From Candidatus Scatovivens sp. (GTDB taxonomy: Bacteria > Bacillota > Clostridia > TANB77 > CAG-508): a stretch of DNA of 64,000 nt. The notes beneath the pieces were generated by a model, which was not told the origin of the DNA, searched no databases, and saw only the letters and a program-made list of their open reading frames with translations. Below, one piece after another: positions 22,841-32,035 of the stretch. Position numbers and translations under genes: made by a program. Location: the NCBI GenBank assembly GCA_045646345.1, contig JAZRKN010000011.1, positions 64,001 through 128,000 on the forward strand. Direction: 5' to 3'. Within the stretch, counting starts at the first letter, position 1, and the number at the start of each line of letters is the position of its first letter.

Positions 22841-23863
22841 ATGCTAAAAGAAAAAGTGGTAGAAACAATTAAGAAACATAATTTAATAAATAATGGGGAT
22901 AGAGTTGTTTGCGGAGTTTCTGGGGGACCAGATTCTATTTCAATGCTTAATATTTTAAAAAAATTAAAAGATGAAAATATATTTGATTTTGAAATTTTTG
23001 TAGCACATATAAACCATGGGCTTAGAGAGAATGCGAAAATTGATGAGCAATATGTTTTAGATTATTGCAATAAAAATGGAATAGAATGTTTTACATTAAA
23101 TACAAATATTAAAGATATTGCAGAAAAAGAAAAAAGAGGCTTAGAGGAAACTGGAAGAATTGTAAGATATGAATTCTTTGATAGAGTTTTGAAACAAACA
23201 AACTCTAATAAGATTGCTATTGCTCATAATAAAAATGATAATGTAGAAACAATATTTATGAACATTATTAGAGGTTCTGGACTTTCTGGATTAAAAGGAA
23301 TTGAAGCAAAATCTGGTAAATACATTAGACCTTTAATTGAATCTGAAAGGGAAGAGATTGAACGTTATTGTGAAGAAGAAAAATTAAATCCAAGACATGA
23401 TGAATCTAATGATGAGAATATTTATACAAGAAATAAAATCAGAAACGTTGCTATTCCCTATGTGAAAGAAGAATTAAATCCTAATATTTTAGAAACAGTA
23501 ACAAGACTATCAGATATTGCAAAAGATGATCTAGAGTACTTAGAAATTCAAACAGAAAAAGCATATCAAGATATGTGGATTGAAGAAAAAAATATCACAG
23601 AAAATGTATATAATGTGGAAAAAGAGGCTACAATTATATTAGATTTGAGGAAATTTAATTCTCAAAATAAAGCAATTCAAAAAAGAGTAATATTATATTC
23701 TATTAATAAGATTTTTGGTAGTACAAAAGGAATCGAAAAAATACATATTGAGGATATAATAAAACTTTGTAACAATAATATAGGCAATAAATTTTTAACT
23801 CCAAACAAGAAAACTAAAATTGTAATCAAAAATAAAAAAATATATATAATTGGTCTAAAATAA
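22841..23863 (+). CDS. tilS: tRNA(Ile)-lysidine synthetase, short form
   Basis: SGGPDS PP-loop, AHINHGLR and AHNKND; upstream of ftsH. Confidence 0.95.
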   Translation: MLKEKVVETIKKHNLINNGDRVVCGVSGGPDSISMLNILKKLKDENIFDFEIFVAHINHGLRENAKIDEQYVLDYCNKNGIECFTLNTNIKDIAEKEKRGLEETGRIVRYEFFDRVLKQTNSNKIAIAHNKNDNVETIFMNIIRGSGLSGLKGIEAKSGKYIRPLIESEREEIERYCEEEKLNPRHDESNDENIYTRNKIRNVAIPYVKEELNPNILETVTRLSDIAKDDLEYLEIQTEKAYQDMWIEEKNITENVYNVEKEATIILDLRKFNSQNKAIQKRVILYSINKIFGSTKGIEKIHIEDIIKLCNNNIGNKFLTPNKKTKIVIKNKKIYIIGLK

Positions 23864-24017
23864 GTTTCCGTAAAGGCCTTGAAAAGCTAATTGTTACAGA
23901 CATATTTCTTTTAAAAAAAGCTATTGCAATTGAAAAATTGCTATGCTATATTTTATGCAAGAAAGAGTAATTTGTTTAGAAAAGACGATTTTCTAAATAT
24001 ATAGGAGGAAAAAAGTT

Positions 24018-25853
24018 TTGAAAAATGGAATTAAAACATTAGCGACATGGCTTGTACTAGGATTAATTTTTCTTGCCTTGTTAAGCGCTGTTGTAAATAA
24101 CTCAGATTATAAGATGAGTTATTCAGATTTATTAAACAAAATATCTACAGGAGAGGTTACTGAGGTTGTTATATCATCAGACTCAAAAACTGCAAGAGCA
24201 TTATTAAAAAGCTCAGAAACAGGTAACGATAAATCAGAAGCAAAAATAGCAACTGAAAAAGAAGTTATTATTCCAAGTTTAGATGCATTTATGGAACAAA
24301 TTTCTGATAATATCGTTAGTGGACAATTAGTATTAACTCAAGAAGAAGAGTCAATTGTTATGGCAATTCTTGGAGCATTTTCTCCATTTATAATATTAAT
24401 AGTATTCTTACTATTCTGGTTATTACTTATGAATCCAAATCAAAATGGAAACAAATCTATGAGTTTTGGAAAAAGTAAAGCTAGAATGTTAAATACAAAT
24501 GATCCAAAAACAAAAGTAACTTTTAAAGATGTTGCTGGTATAGATGAAGAGAAAGAAGAGTTATCTGAAATAGTAGATTTCTTAAAATCACCACCCACAT
24601 TTACAGATATGGGAGCAAGAATACCAAAAGGTGTTTTATTAGTAGGTCATCCAGGTACAGGTAAAACATTACTTGCTAAAGCAGTAGCTGGAGAAGCGGG
24701 AGTACCATTCTTTATTATAAGTGGTTCTGATTTCGTAGAAATGTTTGTTGGTGTTGGTGCTTCAAGAGTAAGAGACTTATTTGAACAAGCAAAAAAGAAT
24801 GCTCCATGTATCATATTTATAGATGAAATTGATGCAGTAGGACGTCAAAGAGGTGCAGGTCTTGGTGGAGGACATGACGAAAGAGAACAAACATTAAACC
24901 AATTACTTGTTGAAATGGACGGATTTGCTGCTAACGAAGGTGTAATTGTATTAGCTGCAACAAACAGACCAGACGTATTAGATAAAGCTTTATTAAGAGC
25001 AGGAAGATTTGATAGACAAATAGTTGTTGGAACACCAGATGTTAAAGCAAGAGAAGAAATATTAAAAGTACATGCAAGAAAGAAAAAATTAGGTGATGAT
25101 GTAGATTTAGGAACAATTGCTAAAAATACAGCAGGTTTTGTTGGTGCTGATTTAGAAAATGTTTTAAATGAAGCTGCATTATTAGCTGCAAGAAGAGATA
25201 AAACAGAAATAGGAATGGCTGAAATCGAAGATGCTATGGTTAAAGTAACAATGGGACCAGAGAAAAAATCAAGAGTAATAAGTGATAAAGAAAAAAGACT
25301 TGTTGCATTCCATGAAGCTGGTCACGCAGTTGCAAGTAGATTCTTAGAAACACAAGACGATGTACATCAAATTTCTATTATCCCAAGAGGAATGGCTGGT
25401 GGATATACAATGTATAGACCATCAGAAGATAGATCATTTATGAGCAAATCAGAAATGGAAGAACAAATTATATCATTATTAGGTGGTAGAGTTGCTGAAG
25501 CTTTAGTTTTAGGTGATATTTCTACAGGAGCAAGTAATGATATTGAAAGAGCATCAAAAATTGCTAGAGCAATGGTTACTAAATACGGTATGAGTGAGAA
25601 ATTAGGAGCTATTACATTTGGATCAGGACAAGAAGAAGTATTCTTAGGAAGAGATTTCACAACTCAAAAGAACTTTAGTGAAGAAACATCAGGATTAATA
25701 GATGCTGAAGTTAAGAGAATTATTGATACAGCTTATAGAAGAACAGAAGACATTTTAAATGAACATATGGATAAATTACAAGCAGTTGCAAATGTCTTAT
25801 TGGAAAAAGAAAAGATAGATGGAGAAGAATTTGCAGAAATAATGAATTCTTAA
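24018..25853 (+). CDS. ftsH: ATP-dependent zinc metalloprotease
   Basis: Two TM helices, [15 protein letters not shown] and HEAGH. Confidence 0.99.
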   Translation: MKNGIKTLATWLVLGLIFLALLSAVVNNSDYKMSYSDLLNKISTGEVTEVVISSDSKTARALLKSSETGNDKSEAKIATEKEVIIPSLDAFMEQISDNIVSGQLVLTQEEESIVMAILGAFSPFIILIVFLLFWLLLMNPNQNGNKSMSFGKSKARMLNTNDPKTKVTFKDVAGIDEEKEELSEIVDFLKSPPTFTDMGARIPKGVLLVGHPGTGKTLLAKAVAGEAGVPFFIISGSDFVEMFVGVGASRVRDLFEQAKKNAPCIIFIDEIDAVGRQRGAGLGGGHDEREQTLNQLLVEMDGFAANEGVIVLAATNRPDVLDKALLRAGRFDRQIVVGTPDVKAREEILKVHARKKKLGDDVDLGTIAKNTAGFVGADLENVLNEAALLAARRDKTEIGMAEIEDAMVKVTMGPEKKSRVISDKEKRLVAFHEAGHAVASRFLETQDDVHQISIIPRGMAGGYTMYRPSEDRSFMSKSEMEEQIISLLGGRVAEALVLGDISTGASNDIERASKIARAMVTKYGMSEKLGAITFGSGQEEVFLGRDFTTQKNFSEETSGLIDAEVKRIIDTAYRRTEDILNEHMDKLQAVANVLLEKEKIDGEEFAEIMNS

Positions 25854-25882
25854 AATTACTTCTATATATCTAATTAAATACT

Positions 25883-25922
25883 AAAAAAAAGAAACATCTC
25901 TAAAACAGGGATGTTTCTTTTT
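25883..25922. terminator. Bidirectional terminator (ftsH and the original tRNA 3' end)
   Basis: A8-gaaacatctc...gggatgtttc-T5. Confidence 0.85.
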
Positions 25923-25969
25923 GGTGCGCCATAGAGGATTTGAACCTCCGACCATTTGATTAAGAGTCA
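25922..25969 (-). repeat. att site: displaced 3' half of tRNA-Lys
   Basis: 47/48 identical to 31812-31859. Confidence 0.95.
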
Positions 25970-26079
25970 TAAAAAGGGGATTTTTTAAAATGTTTTATTA
26001 TATCTCAAAATGTTGTAAATACTCTGTTTGATAGATTTATTTTACTTTAAAATATTTTATAAAATTATATAATATTTCC

Positions 26080-26102
26080 ACTTTCGCCACTTTTTCGCCA
26101 CT
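26080..26102 (+). repeat. Probable integrase arm-type site, left
   Basis: actttcgccactttttcgccact, identical to 31741-31763. Confidence 0.75.
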
Positions 26103-26155
26103 CGATAATACTATAAAAATGATAATTTGTTATACGACATTGATAGAGGAGTAAT

Positions 26156-26232
26156 AAAAAAAGTTACTAGGTCAAGGCTCCAATTGCCAAGGACTAGTAA
26201 CTCTGTAGATACAGTCGACAATGTATCTACAA
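26156..26232 (-). ncRNA. Candidate small RNA with two hairpins and a terminator
   Basis: Upstream TTGAAT-18-TATAAT with TG; perfect 10-bp stem; second stem followed by T7. Confidence 0.5.
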
Positions 26233-26756
26233 GAAATATTATAACATATAATTATAATAAAATTCAATATATAAGTTTTATACCTACACTATAAAAAAAG
26301 AAGTTATCTTTGTTGAGAATGATATTAAATTAATATCGTTAAAATATCGTTCAAAAAAATTAAAAGACCTAGATATTTTTTTGAAAGTAGAATGATATAT
26401 ATTAATAGAATTGATTTATATTTGTTATATACCCCTAGGTATCTTGGATATATATAAACAATGAGAATCGGTGGAGAGGGATTCAAAAAACACACAGGTT
26501 ATTATATAACCCCCGTGTGATATGTCGTAAAAAGTCGAATAAAAAACAATACTCCGAAACTATAAAAAGAATTTAACTCGAGAGAAACACGAGAAAATGT
26601 GAATAAAAAAGAATTGCAAGAAAGTTGCGTGAGAAATGCAACGAAATGCAATTCAAAAAAATATATTTTAAACAACGAGTAAAGAAAATCGCGCAAAAAA
26701 AGACACAAAAAAGAATATTCCGACACTATAAAAAGAAAATGACAAAAATTGACATA

Positions 26757-26783
26757 TAAAAAAAGAGGAAATCTATTCCTCTT
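26757..26783 (-). terminator. Terminator of the element's leftward operon
   Basis: aagaggaa...ttcctc plus T-run on the minus strand. Confidence 0.6.
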
Positions 26784-26873
26784 CATTTTGTTTATATTAA
26801 TAACTTGATTACTTCTTTATAAAAAAATCTAGATTTGTTGATTTTAGATAGTTTTAGAAGTAAATAATTGATT

Positions 26874-27131
26874 TTATTTAATACTTCCAATAAGTAATGG
26901 TCTAGATAAAATAGAAGTTAATTTTTTCTTTTCATTAAATGGTATTTCCCAAGTTCCACCACTTATCATATTTTTAATAAAATATTTCTTGTTTGGCTCA
27001 CCTAATTTTGAAAGTAATTTATTATAAGTGTTTTTTCTACAAGTATATATTATTAATTTACTTTCAGAATAAGAGATATTTATATTTGTTTCTTGTTCTT
27101 CATATAATGTATCATATATTTTTTCTTTCAT
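26874..27131 (-). CDS. Hypothetical protein
   Basis: 85-aa ORF with GAGG RBS, co-oriented with neighbours. Confidence 0.7.
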   Translation of the reverse strand: MKEKIYDTLYEEQETNINISYSESKLIIYTCRKNTYNKLLSKLGEPNKKYFIKNMISGGTWEIPFNEKKKLTSILSRPLLIGSIK

Positions 27132-27383
27132 AATTTCCTCGATTCATAATTAAAATTATTTTGGCTATTAAATTTCTTTATATAACGTGTAAAGAATCTT
27201 TATAGTATAAATCAATAAATGTGTTTTTACTTATAAAGAAACTTTACAGTGTATTTTTTATAATTAAACTCATTTTTGTTCAAATATAAAGGATTATTCA
27301 ATTATTACATATTTTTTATATATTATTTAGACTGTAAAGAAATTTTACAGATATAATATATATTACCATACCTAGTTGGATTT

Positions 27384-27743
27384 TTATTCGCACCATTTAG
27401 AGAGGAATTTATATTTATTTTCAGTACGAGTGAAACGACCGTTTTCAATTACTTCAATAAAACCTTTTTTAGATAATTCTTTAATAGCTTTTTGAAATGT
27501 TGGTGTTGTTGTGAATGATTTATATATTCTAAAAGGGAATGTTGTTGTTATACTTCCATTTGAATAATCTAACATATAGATATATACAACTTTGGCTATT
27601 GAACTTAAGTCTAAAAAGTTCTTATGTGTTAATTGAGAATGATAGATTTGAACTAACTTTGTATTATTAGTTGGTGTATCTACTTTGCGGTCATATTTCC
27701 AAATAGGTTTTTGATATTTTTTTCTAGACATAAAATACACCAC
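27384..27743 (-). CDS. Winged-helix DNA-binding protein (replication-initiator-like N-terminal domain)
   Basis: FLDLSSIAKVVYIYM...TFQKAIKELSKKGFIEV...NKYKF pattern; the start may be the ATG at 27731. Confidence 0.6.
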   Translation of the reverse strand: MVYFMSRKKYQKPIWKYDRKVDTPTNNTKLVQIYHSQLTHKNFLDLSSIAKVVYIYMLDYSNGSITTTFPFRIYKSFTTTPTFQKAIKELSKKGFIEVIENGRFTRTENKYKFLSKWCE

Positions 27744-27870
27744 CTATCTTGCAAAAATAATAATATTGTAGTAAAATAAATTCATATTCTTACTGAAGAG
27801 GCGATATGTAATATTTTCTTACACTCATTACATATTCTTACCTCTTCTCTTTTTTTATTTACTAACATTT

Positions 27871-28065
27871 CTAAATCCTTTCAGCTTGAATTATTAAATT
27901 GTTTGATGATTGAGAATACACCCAATTATCAATTAGTTCTTTGTTAAAAAATAATCGATTCCCGATTCTAAAATGGGGAAGTTGTTTCATTCTTACTAAT
28001 TTTCTTATACTTGAAATACTACAATGTAAATATTCAGATAATTCTTTAACATTAAATATTTGCAT
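27871..28065 (-). CDS. Excisionase-like HTH (HTH_17/AlpA type)
   Basis: FNVKELSEYL...IRKLV...LPHFRIGNRLFF...IDNW. Confidence 0.85.
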   Translation of the reverse strand: MQIFNVKELSEYLHCSISSIRKLVRMKQLPHFRIGNRLFFNKELIDNWVYSQSSNNLIIQAERI

Positions 28066-28444
28066 TTATAACACCCTCTTCAATTAATTTTTTCTTAAAG
28101 TATTCATAACCTTTTAAAGTGATTTTTGTTTGTATTAATTCTCTGTTGTCATCTTTTGCATAATCAACTTTTAAATAAAAGAGTCCAATTCCTTTATTAG
28201 TAGAATATTGAGGGTGACAACGAATCTTTTTAACTGTTTTGGTTAAGTATATATAATTGTTTTCTAATAGATAAGTTTTAAAGTCTTGAAGTTTTATTCC
28301 TAATAAATTCGCACAGTCTCTAAAACTCATTGAAGTTCTTTCAAGTGATTCAATATCATTAAAATTTTTTTCTTTTGTATTTTTCTCCAGTAAATTATTA
28401 GCGATTACTAACGCTCTTGATAAAATTTCTTTTTCATTTTCCAT
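28052..28444 (-). CDS. Phage antirepressor KilAC-domain protein
   Basis: SFRDCANLLGI...L.ENNYIY...GLF...QTKITLKGYEYF. Confidence 0.75.
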   Translation of the reverse strand: MENEKEILSRALVIANNLLEKNTKEKNFNDIESLERTSMSFRDCANLLGIKLQDFKTYLLENNYIYLTKTVKKIRCHPQYSTNKGIGLFYLKVDYAKDDNRELIQTKITLKGYEYFKKKLIEEGVINANI

Positions 28445-28458
28445 ATTCTTACCTCTTC

Positions 28459-28635
28459 TTAATTTGATTTTTTTGATAATTCTGAAATTATTTTTAAGAC
28501 TTTTTCTTTTTCTTCTTCTGATAGTTTTTTTCTTAACTTCCTAGAGAAAGAAGTATCGGTTATACCAAGTTTTTCAGCTACTTGATATTTTTTTACGTGA
28601 TTACTTATACACGCGATTGTAATTTCATCATTCAT
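28459..28635 (-). CDS. Cro-like HTH protein, 58 aa (not in ORF track)
   Basis: MNDEITIACISNHVKKYQVAEKLGITDTSFSRKLRKKLSEEEKEKVLKIISELSKKSN; GAGGTG RBS. Confidence 0.8.
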   Translation of the reverse strand: MNDEITIACISNHVKKYQVAEKLGITDTSFSRKLRKKLSEEEKEKVLKIISELSKKSN

Positions 28636-28667
28636 AGTATTTCACCTCATTTCATAGATTATAAAAC

Positions 28668-28742
28668 TAAATACAGATAAGTTATTGACATATTACTGTA
28701 TTTAATTTATAATGATTATACTATGATAACAACAATTAATCA
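28668..28742. promoter_or_regulatory. Overlapping opposed promoters with an operator-like inverted repeat
   Basis: Plus strand TTGACA(28685)-17-TATAAT; minus strand TTGATT-16-TATAAT; taaatacag/ctgtattta inverted repeat flanking the plus -35. Confidence 0.6.
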
Positions 28743-28796
28743 ACAGAGAAGAACAATAAAATTATGACAAAAATACAATGAAAATAATAAACTTTA

Positions 28797-30221
28797 TTGT
28801 ATTTAGAAAAGGTAATGAATATGTTTATAAATGAAAATAAGCCATATCTTTTTATATCAAATAATTTAGAAGTGTTTAATAATGATATGTTTGATATAAA
28901 ACAACAAATTGAATTGGTTGGAATTAATAAGAATAAAACTAAAGAATTAGGAACAATATGCGTTAAATTTTTAAATTTCTATGATGAACTAATTTTTATT
29001 TTAAATAGATGTGTTGAACTAACAGAAAAACCTTTTATAAGAATAGAAATGTTTTTACAGAAAAAAATAAATCTAGATAATAAGGAACTTATAGAACTTC
29101 TTTATAGAGAATTACATCAATATCATTCAAGAATATTAAATGAAATAATAAAATCTTCTGATGATTTAAAAATGTATGAAAAATGGTTAGTAGAATTAAA
29201 AAATGCATTAATTAATGATGAGTGTTACGAAACATATTACAATGAACAAATCAACGAAATACAACAATCTTTATTAAACAATAAAAAAATATATGAATCT
29301 GAAAAAATGGAAGAAGAGATAGATAAAGAATATTTAGAAGAATTAGAAAAACAGATAAAAGATGAAGAAAATTATTTAGAAGACTTTAAAAAAGTAAAAG
29401 AAGATAACAAAACAAGTAAAGATAGTATAAAAAATGAAATTAAAGATATAGAAAATAATATAGTAGAAGAAAAGAAAAAAATTAAAAAAACTGAAGAGGC
29501 TGATTTATTATTGAAAAAATATATTGAAAAAATGATAAATGATATTACAAATTATAAAAACTTTTTTGACTCTTCTTGTGGTTTTATGGATAAAAAAAAT
29601 TATAATGAAATTGATATAGATTATTTTGTGAAAATGTTTTCGAGTAAATTGATATTACCACAGACATATATTTATAAAGTATACGAAGAATATAATTTTA
29701 TTACACCAATTGATAGATTTATCTTTAATACAATTAAAAATAAATCAAAAAAAGATTTAAAAAGAAATACTCTAGAAGACTTGAAAAAAACACCAATAAC
29801 ATTAGCAAGAATTTTTGAAATAAATTCAGTGAAAGAAATTTTAGACATTTCTTTGAGTTTATTTGTTGAAAATAAATTTACTATAAAAAAATGCAAAAAT
29901 TGTGGGAAATATTTTATTCCTCATAATAAACAGGTATATTGTGATAATCAAAGTCCACAAAATCCAAATAAAACGTGTAAAAATCTTACAGATGATTTGA
30001 GAGATAACAAGAATCCAATATATGAAGTATATAGAAATAACTATAAAACTCAAAGCAATAAAAAAAGAAGAAATAAACATATTAAAACAATAGAAAACAA
30101 ATTCAATGAGTGGAATAAACGTGCAAGAGAAGAAATGGAAAAGTGTATATTAGGTGAAATGACTTTAGATGAATATAAACAATGGCATAAGAATAATCAA
30201 GACTGGATTAAAAAATTTTAA
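28797..30221 (+). CDS. DUF6076-like protein with an acidic coiled coil and C-terminal Cys cluster
   Basis: KKCKNCGKYFIP...YCD...TCK followed by basic helices; the start may be the ATG at 28821. Confidence 0.65.
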   Translation: MYLEKVMNMFINENKPYLFISNNLEVFNNDMFDIKQQIELVGINKNKTKELGTICVKFLNFYDELIFILNRCVELTEKPFIRIEMFLQKKINLDNKELIELLYRELHQYHSRILNEIIKSSDDLKMYEKWLVELKNALINDECYETYYNEQINEIQQSLLNNKKIYESEKMEEEIDKEYLEELEKQIKDEENYLEDFKKVKEDNKTSKDSIKNEIKDIENNIVEEKKKIKKTEEADLLLKKYIEKMINDITNYKNFFDSSCGFMDKKNYNEIDIDYFVKMFSSKLILPQTYIYKVYEEYNFITPIDRFIFNTIKNKSKKDLKRNTLEDLKKTPITLARIFEINSVKEILDISLSLFVENKFTIKKCKNCGKYFIPHNKQVYCDNQSPQNPNKTCKNLTDDLRDNKNPIYEVYRNNYKTQSNKKRRNKHIKTIENKFNEWNKRAREEMEKCILGEMTLDEYKQWHKNNQDWIKKF

Positions 30222-30240
30222 TATGAAAGGTGGTGAAAAT

Positions 30241-30396
30241 ATGGAAAATTCTACTGATATAATAAAAAAATGCTCAACAAAATATGGTTTTGCAGAAAAC
30301 GTTATTAATATTATGATGTATATTTCAAAACAAGCTGGATATAAGGAAGAAGAATTTGAAGATTTATTACAGAGCTATCTTGCGACAAAAAAATAG
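30241..30396 (+). CDS. Small hypothetical protein (MENSTDIIKK...)
   Basis: AGGTGGTG RBS before the ATG at 30241. Confidence 0.55.
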   Translation: MENSTDIIKKCSTKYGFAENVINIMMYISKQAGYKEEEFEDLLQSYLATKK

Positions 30397-30410
30397 AAAG
30401 GAGATAAAAA

Positions 30411-30539
30411 ATGAAAGAAATTGATGAAAGATACAGAATATCAACAGAGGAAATTAATGAATATTTTAATGGGAGAAGAGAAACTACATATGAAGAATTT
30501 TATGCGTTTCTAGAATGGAGAGAAAATAAGAAAAAATAA
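30411..30539 (+). CDS. Small hypothetical protein, 42 aa (not in ORF track)
   Basis: AAAGGAG RBS; MKEIDERYRISTEEINEYFNGRRETTYEEFYAFLEWRENKKK. Confidence 0.55.
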   Translation: MKEIDERYRISTEEINEYFNGRRETTYEEFYAFLEWRENKKK

Positions 30540-30579
30540 GAGTGTAAGTAAGAATATAGAGAAGAGGTAAGAATATATA

Positions 30580-31707
30580 ATGAGTGTAAGAGAAATAGAA
30601 AGGAATAAGAAATACAAAATTGAAGTTGTAATTGGTTACAATGGAAATAAGAAGATAAGACATACAGAAGTGTTTTATGGTGGAAAAAAAGAGGCAACAT
30701 TAAGAGAAAACGAAATTAAAATAAGTAAGAAGAACAATAGTTATATAAGTAAAACAAAAATGACATTTAAGAATTTAATTGAAAAATGGTTGGAAAGTCA
30801 AAAAAATGTATGGTCACCGATAACATACAAATCAAATTCAATTTTGAGTAAAGTTGTAATTGATTATATTGGTCACATACCAGTTCAAAATTTAAATTCC
30901 GAAGTGTTAGAATCTTTTTATAATTCTTTAAGAAAAGATACAAATTATTCAGAGAATACTATACAACATTATTACACATTGATTAATTCTGTTTTAAATA
31001 AAGGTGTTGTATGGAATTATTTGATGAATAACCCAAATAAAAGAATTGAAAAACCAAAGTTTATTAAAAAAAGAATAGAATGTTATTCGCCTGAAGAGGT
31101 AGAAAAATTAATTGAAGTTTTAAATAATGAATCCCTAAAATATCAAGCTATTATAATGTTGACTTTAGATAGTGGCGCTAGAAGAGGAGAAATAACAGGT
31201 CTAACCTGGGAAGATATAAACCTTGAAGAAAAGACATTGTTTATAAATAAAAGTACACAATATGTAAAAGAAAAAGGAATATTTGAAAAAACACCAAAGA
31301 ATCAAACAAGTATAAGAAAGATTTATATTTCAGATTCAACAGTCGAGATACTGAAGAAATATAAAAAAGAACAATTAGAAAAGCGAATTAAGTTAGGGAA
31401 TAAATGGGGAAATAGTAAAAGAGTATTTACAACAGAAATGGGAAATGATATGCACCCAGATACACCAACAAAGATATTAGAAAAGATAATAAAAAGATAC
31501 AATTTAAAGAGGATTACTTTTCACGGATTAAGACATACATCAATATCATTACAAATAAGTAGAGGAATACAAGTTCAGATTATTAGTAAAAGAGCTGGTC
31601 ACTCTAATGTAACAGTAACACATAACACATATTCACATTTCTTTGAAGATGAATTTAAGGAAGTAGCTAATGTGATGAATGATATATTAAAAGTAAAAGC
31701 TAATTAA
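30580..31707 (+). CDS. int: Tyrosine recombinase/integrase
   Basis: GARRGEITGL, KTPK, HGLRHT and RAGHS...THNTYSH catalytic residues; adjacent to the tRNA. Confidence 0.96.
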   Translation: MSVREIERNKKYKIEVVIGYNGNKKIRHTEVFYGGKKEATLRENEIKISKKNNSYISKTKMTFKNLIEKWLESQKNVWSPITYKSNSILSKVVIDYIGHIPVQNLNSEVLESFYNSLRKDTNYSENTIQHYYTLINSVLNKGVVWNYLMNNPNKRIEKPKFIKKRIECYSPEEVEKLIEVLNNESLKYQAIIMLTLDSGARRGEITGLTWEDINLEEKTLFINKSTQYVKEKGIFEKTPKNQTSIRKIYISDSTVEILKKYKKEQLEKRIKLGNKWGNSKRVFTTEMGNDMHPDTPTKILEKIIKRYNLKRITFHGLRHTSISLQISRGIQVQIISKRAGHSNVTVTHNTYSHFFEDEFKEVANVMNDILKVKAN

Positions 31708-31709
31708 AA

Positions 31710-31740
31710 CAAAAAGAAGAGGTTTTGTACCTCTTTTTTT
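31710..31740 (+). terminator. Terminator after the integrase
   Basis: aagaggt...acctc plus T7. Confidence 0.75.
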
Positions 31741-31763
31741 ACTTTCGCCACTTTTTCGCCACT
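31741..31763 (+). repeat. Probable integrase arm-type site, right
   Basis: Identical to 26080-26102. Confidence 0.75.
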
Positions 31764-31811
31764 TTTCTTATAAAATAAAAAAATACCAAGTCACAAAATA
31801 CTTGATACTAC

Positions 31812-31887
31812 TGGTGCGCCATAGAGGACTTGAACCTCCGACCATTTGATTAAGAGTCAACTGCTCTACCAACTGAGCTAATGGCGC
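31812..31887 (-). tRNA. tRNA-Lys, anticodon CTT
   Basis: GCGCCATTAGCTCAGTTGGTAGAGCAGTTGACTCTTAATCAAATGGTCGGAGGTTCAAGTCCTCTATGGCGCACCA; 76-nt cloverleaf with CCA. Confidence 0.98.
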
Positions 31888-31980
31888 ATATGAACTTGAC
31901 AATGACTATTATAAAACAATGGTATTCTTTTGTCAATAATAACTTAATAAAGAATATTTTATAAAAAATAGGGAATTTCT

Positions 31981-32009
31981 GTATAAAATTTGGTAATTGA
32001 GAAATACTA
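31981..32009 (+). promoter_or_regulatory. SigG/SigF-like promoter
   Basis: GTATA-17-AATACTA upstream of coat-like genes. Confidence 0.45.
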
Positions 32010-32035
32010 AGAAAAAATAGGAAAGGAAAAGATAA

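Larger units (their letters stand above)
25922..31859. mobile_element. ~5.9 kb integrative element (satellite/IME-like) inserted in tRNA-Lys
   Basis: 48-bp direct repeats of the tRNA 3' half at both ends; tyrosine integrase, xis-like HTH, antirepressor, Cro-like and wHTH genes; very low GC. Confidence 0.93.

Noticed and set aside
22841-23863. tilS as a truncated pseudogene; hpt missing before ftsH
   Set aside because: Catalytic motifs are intact, short TilS forms are known, and the tilS-hpt-ftsH order is variable.
25922-25969. A second tRNA gene
   Set aside because: Only the 3' half is present; it is the att duplication.
26502-26786. 94-aa minus-strand ORF
   Set aside because: Phe/Leu-rich product of A-tracts, begins inside a terminator hairpin, and has no RBS.
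25922-31859. Complete prophage or ICE
   Set aside because: No structural, lysis, terminase or conjugation genes.
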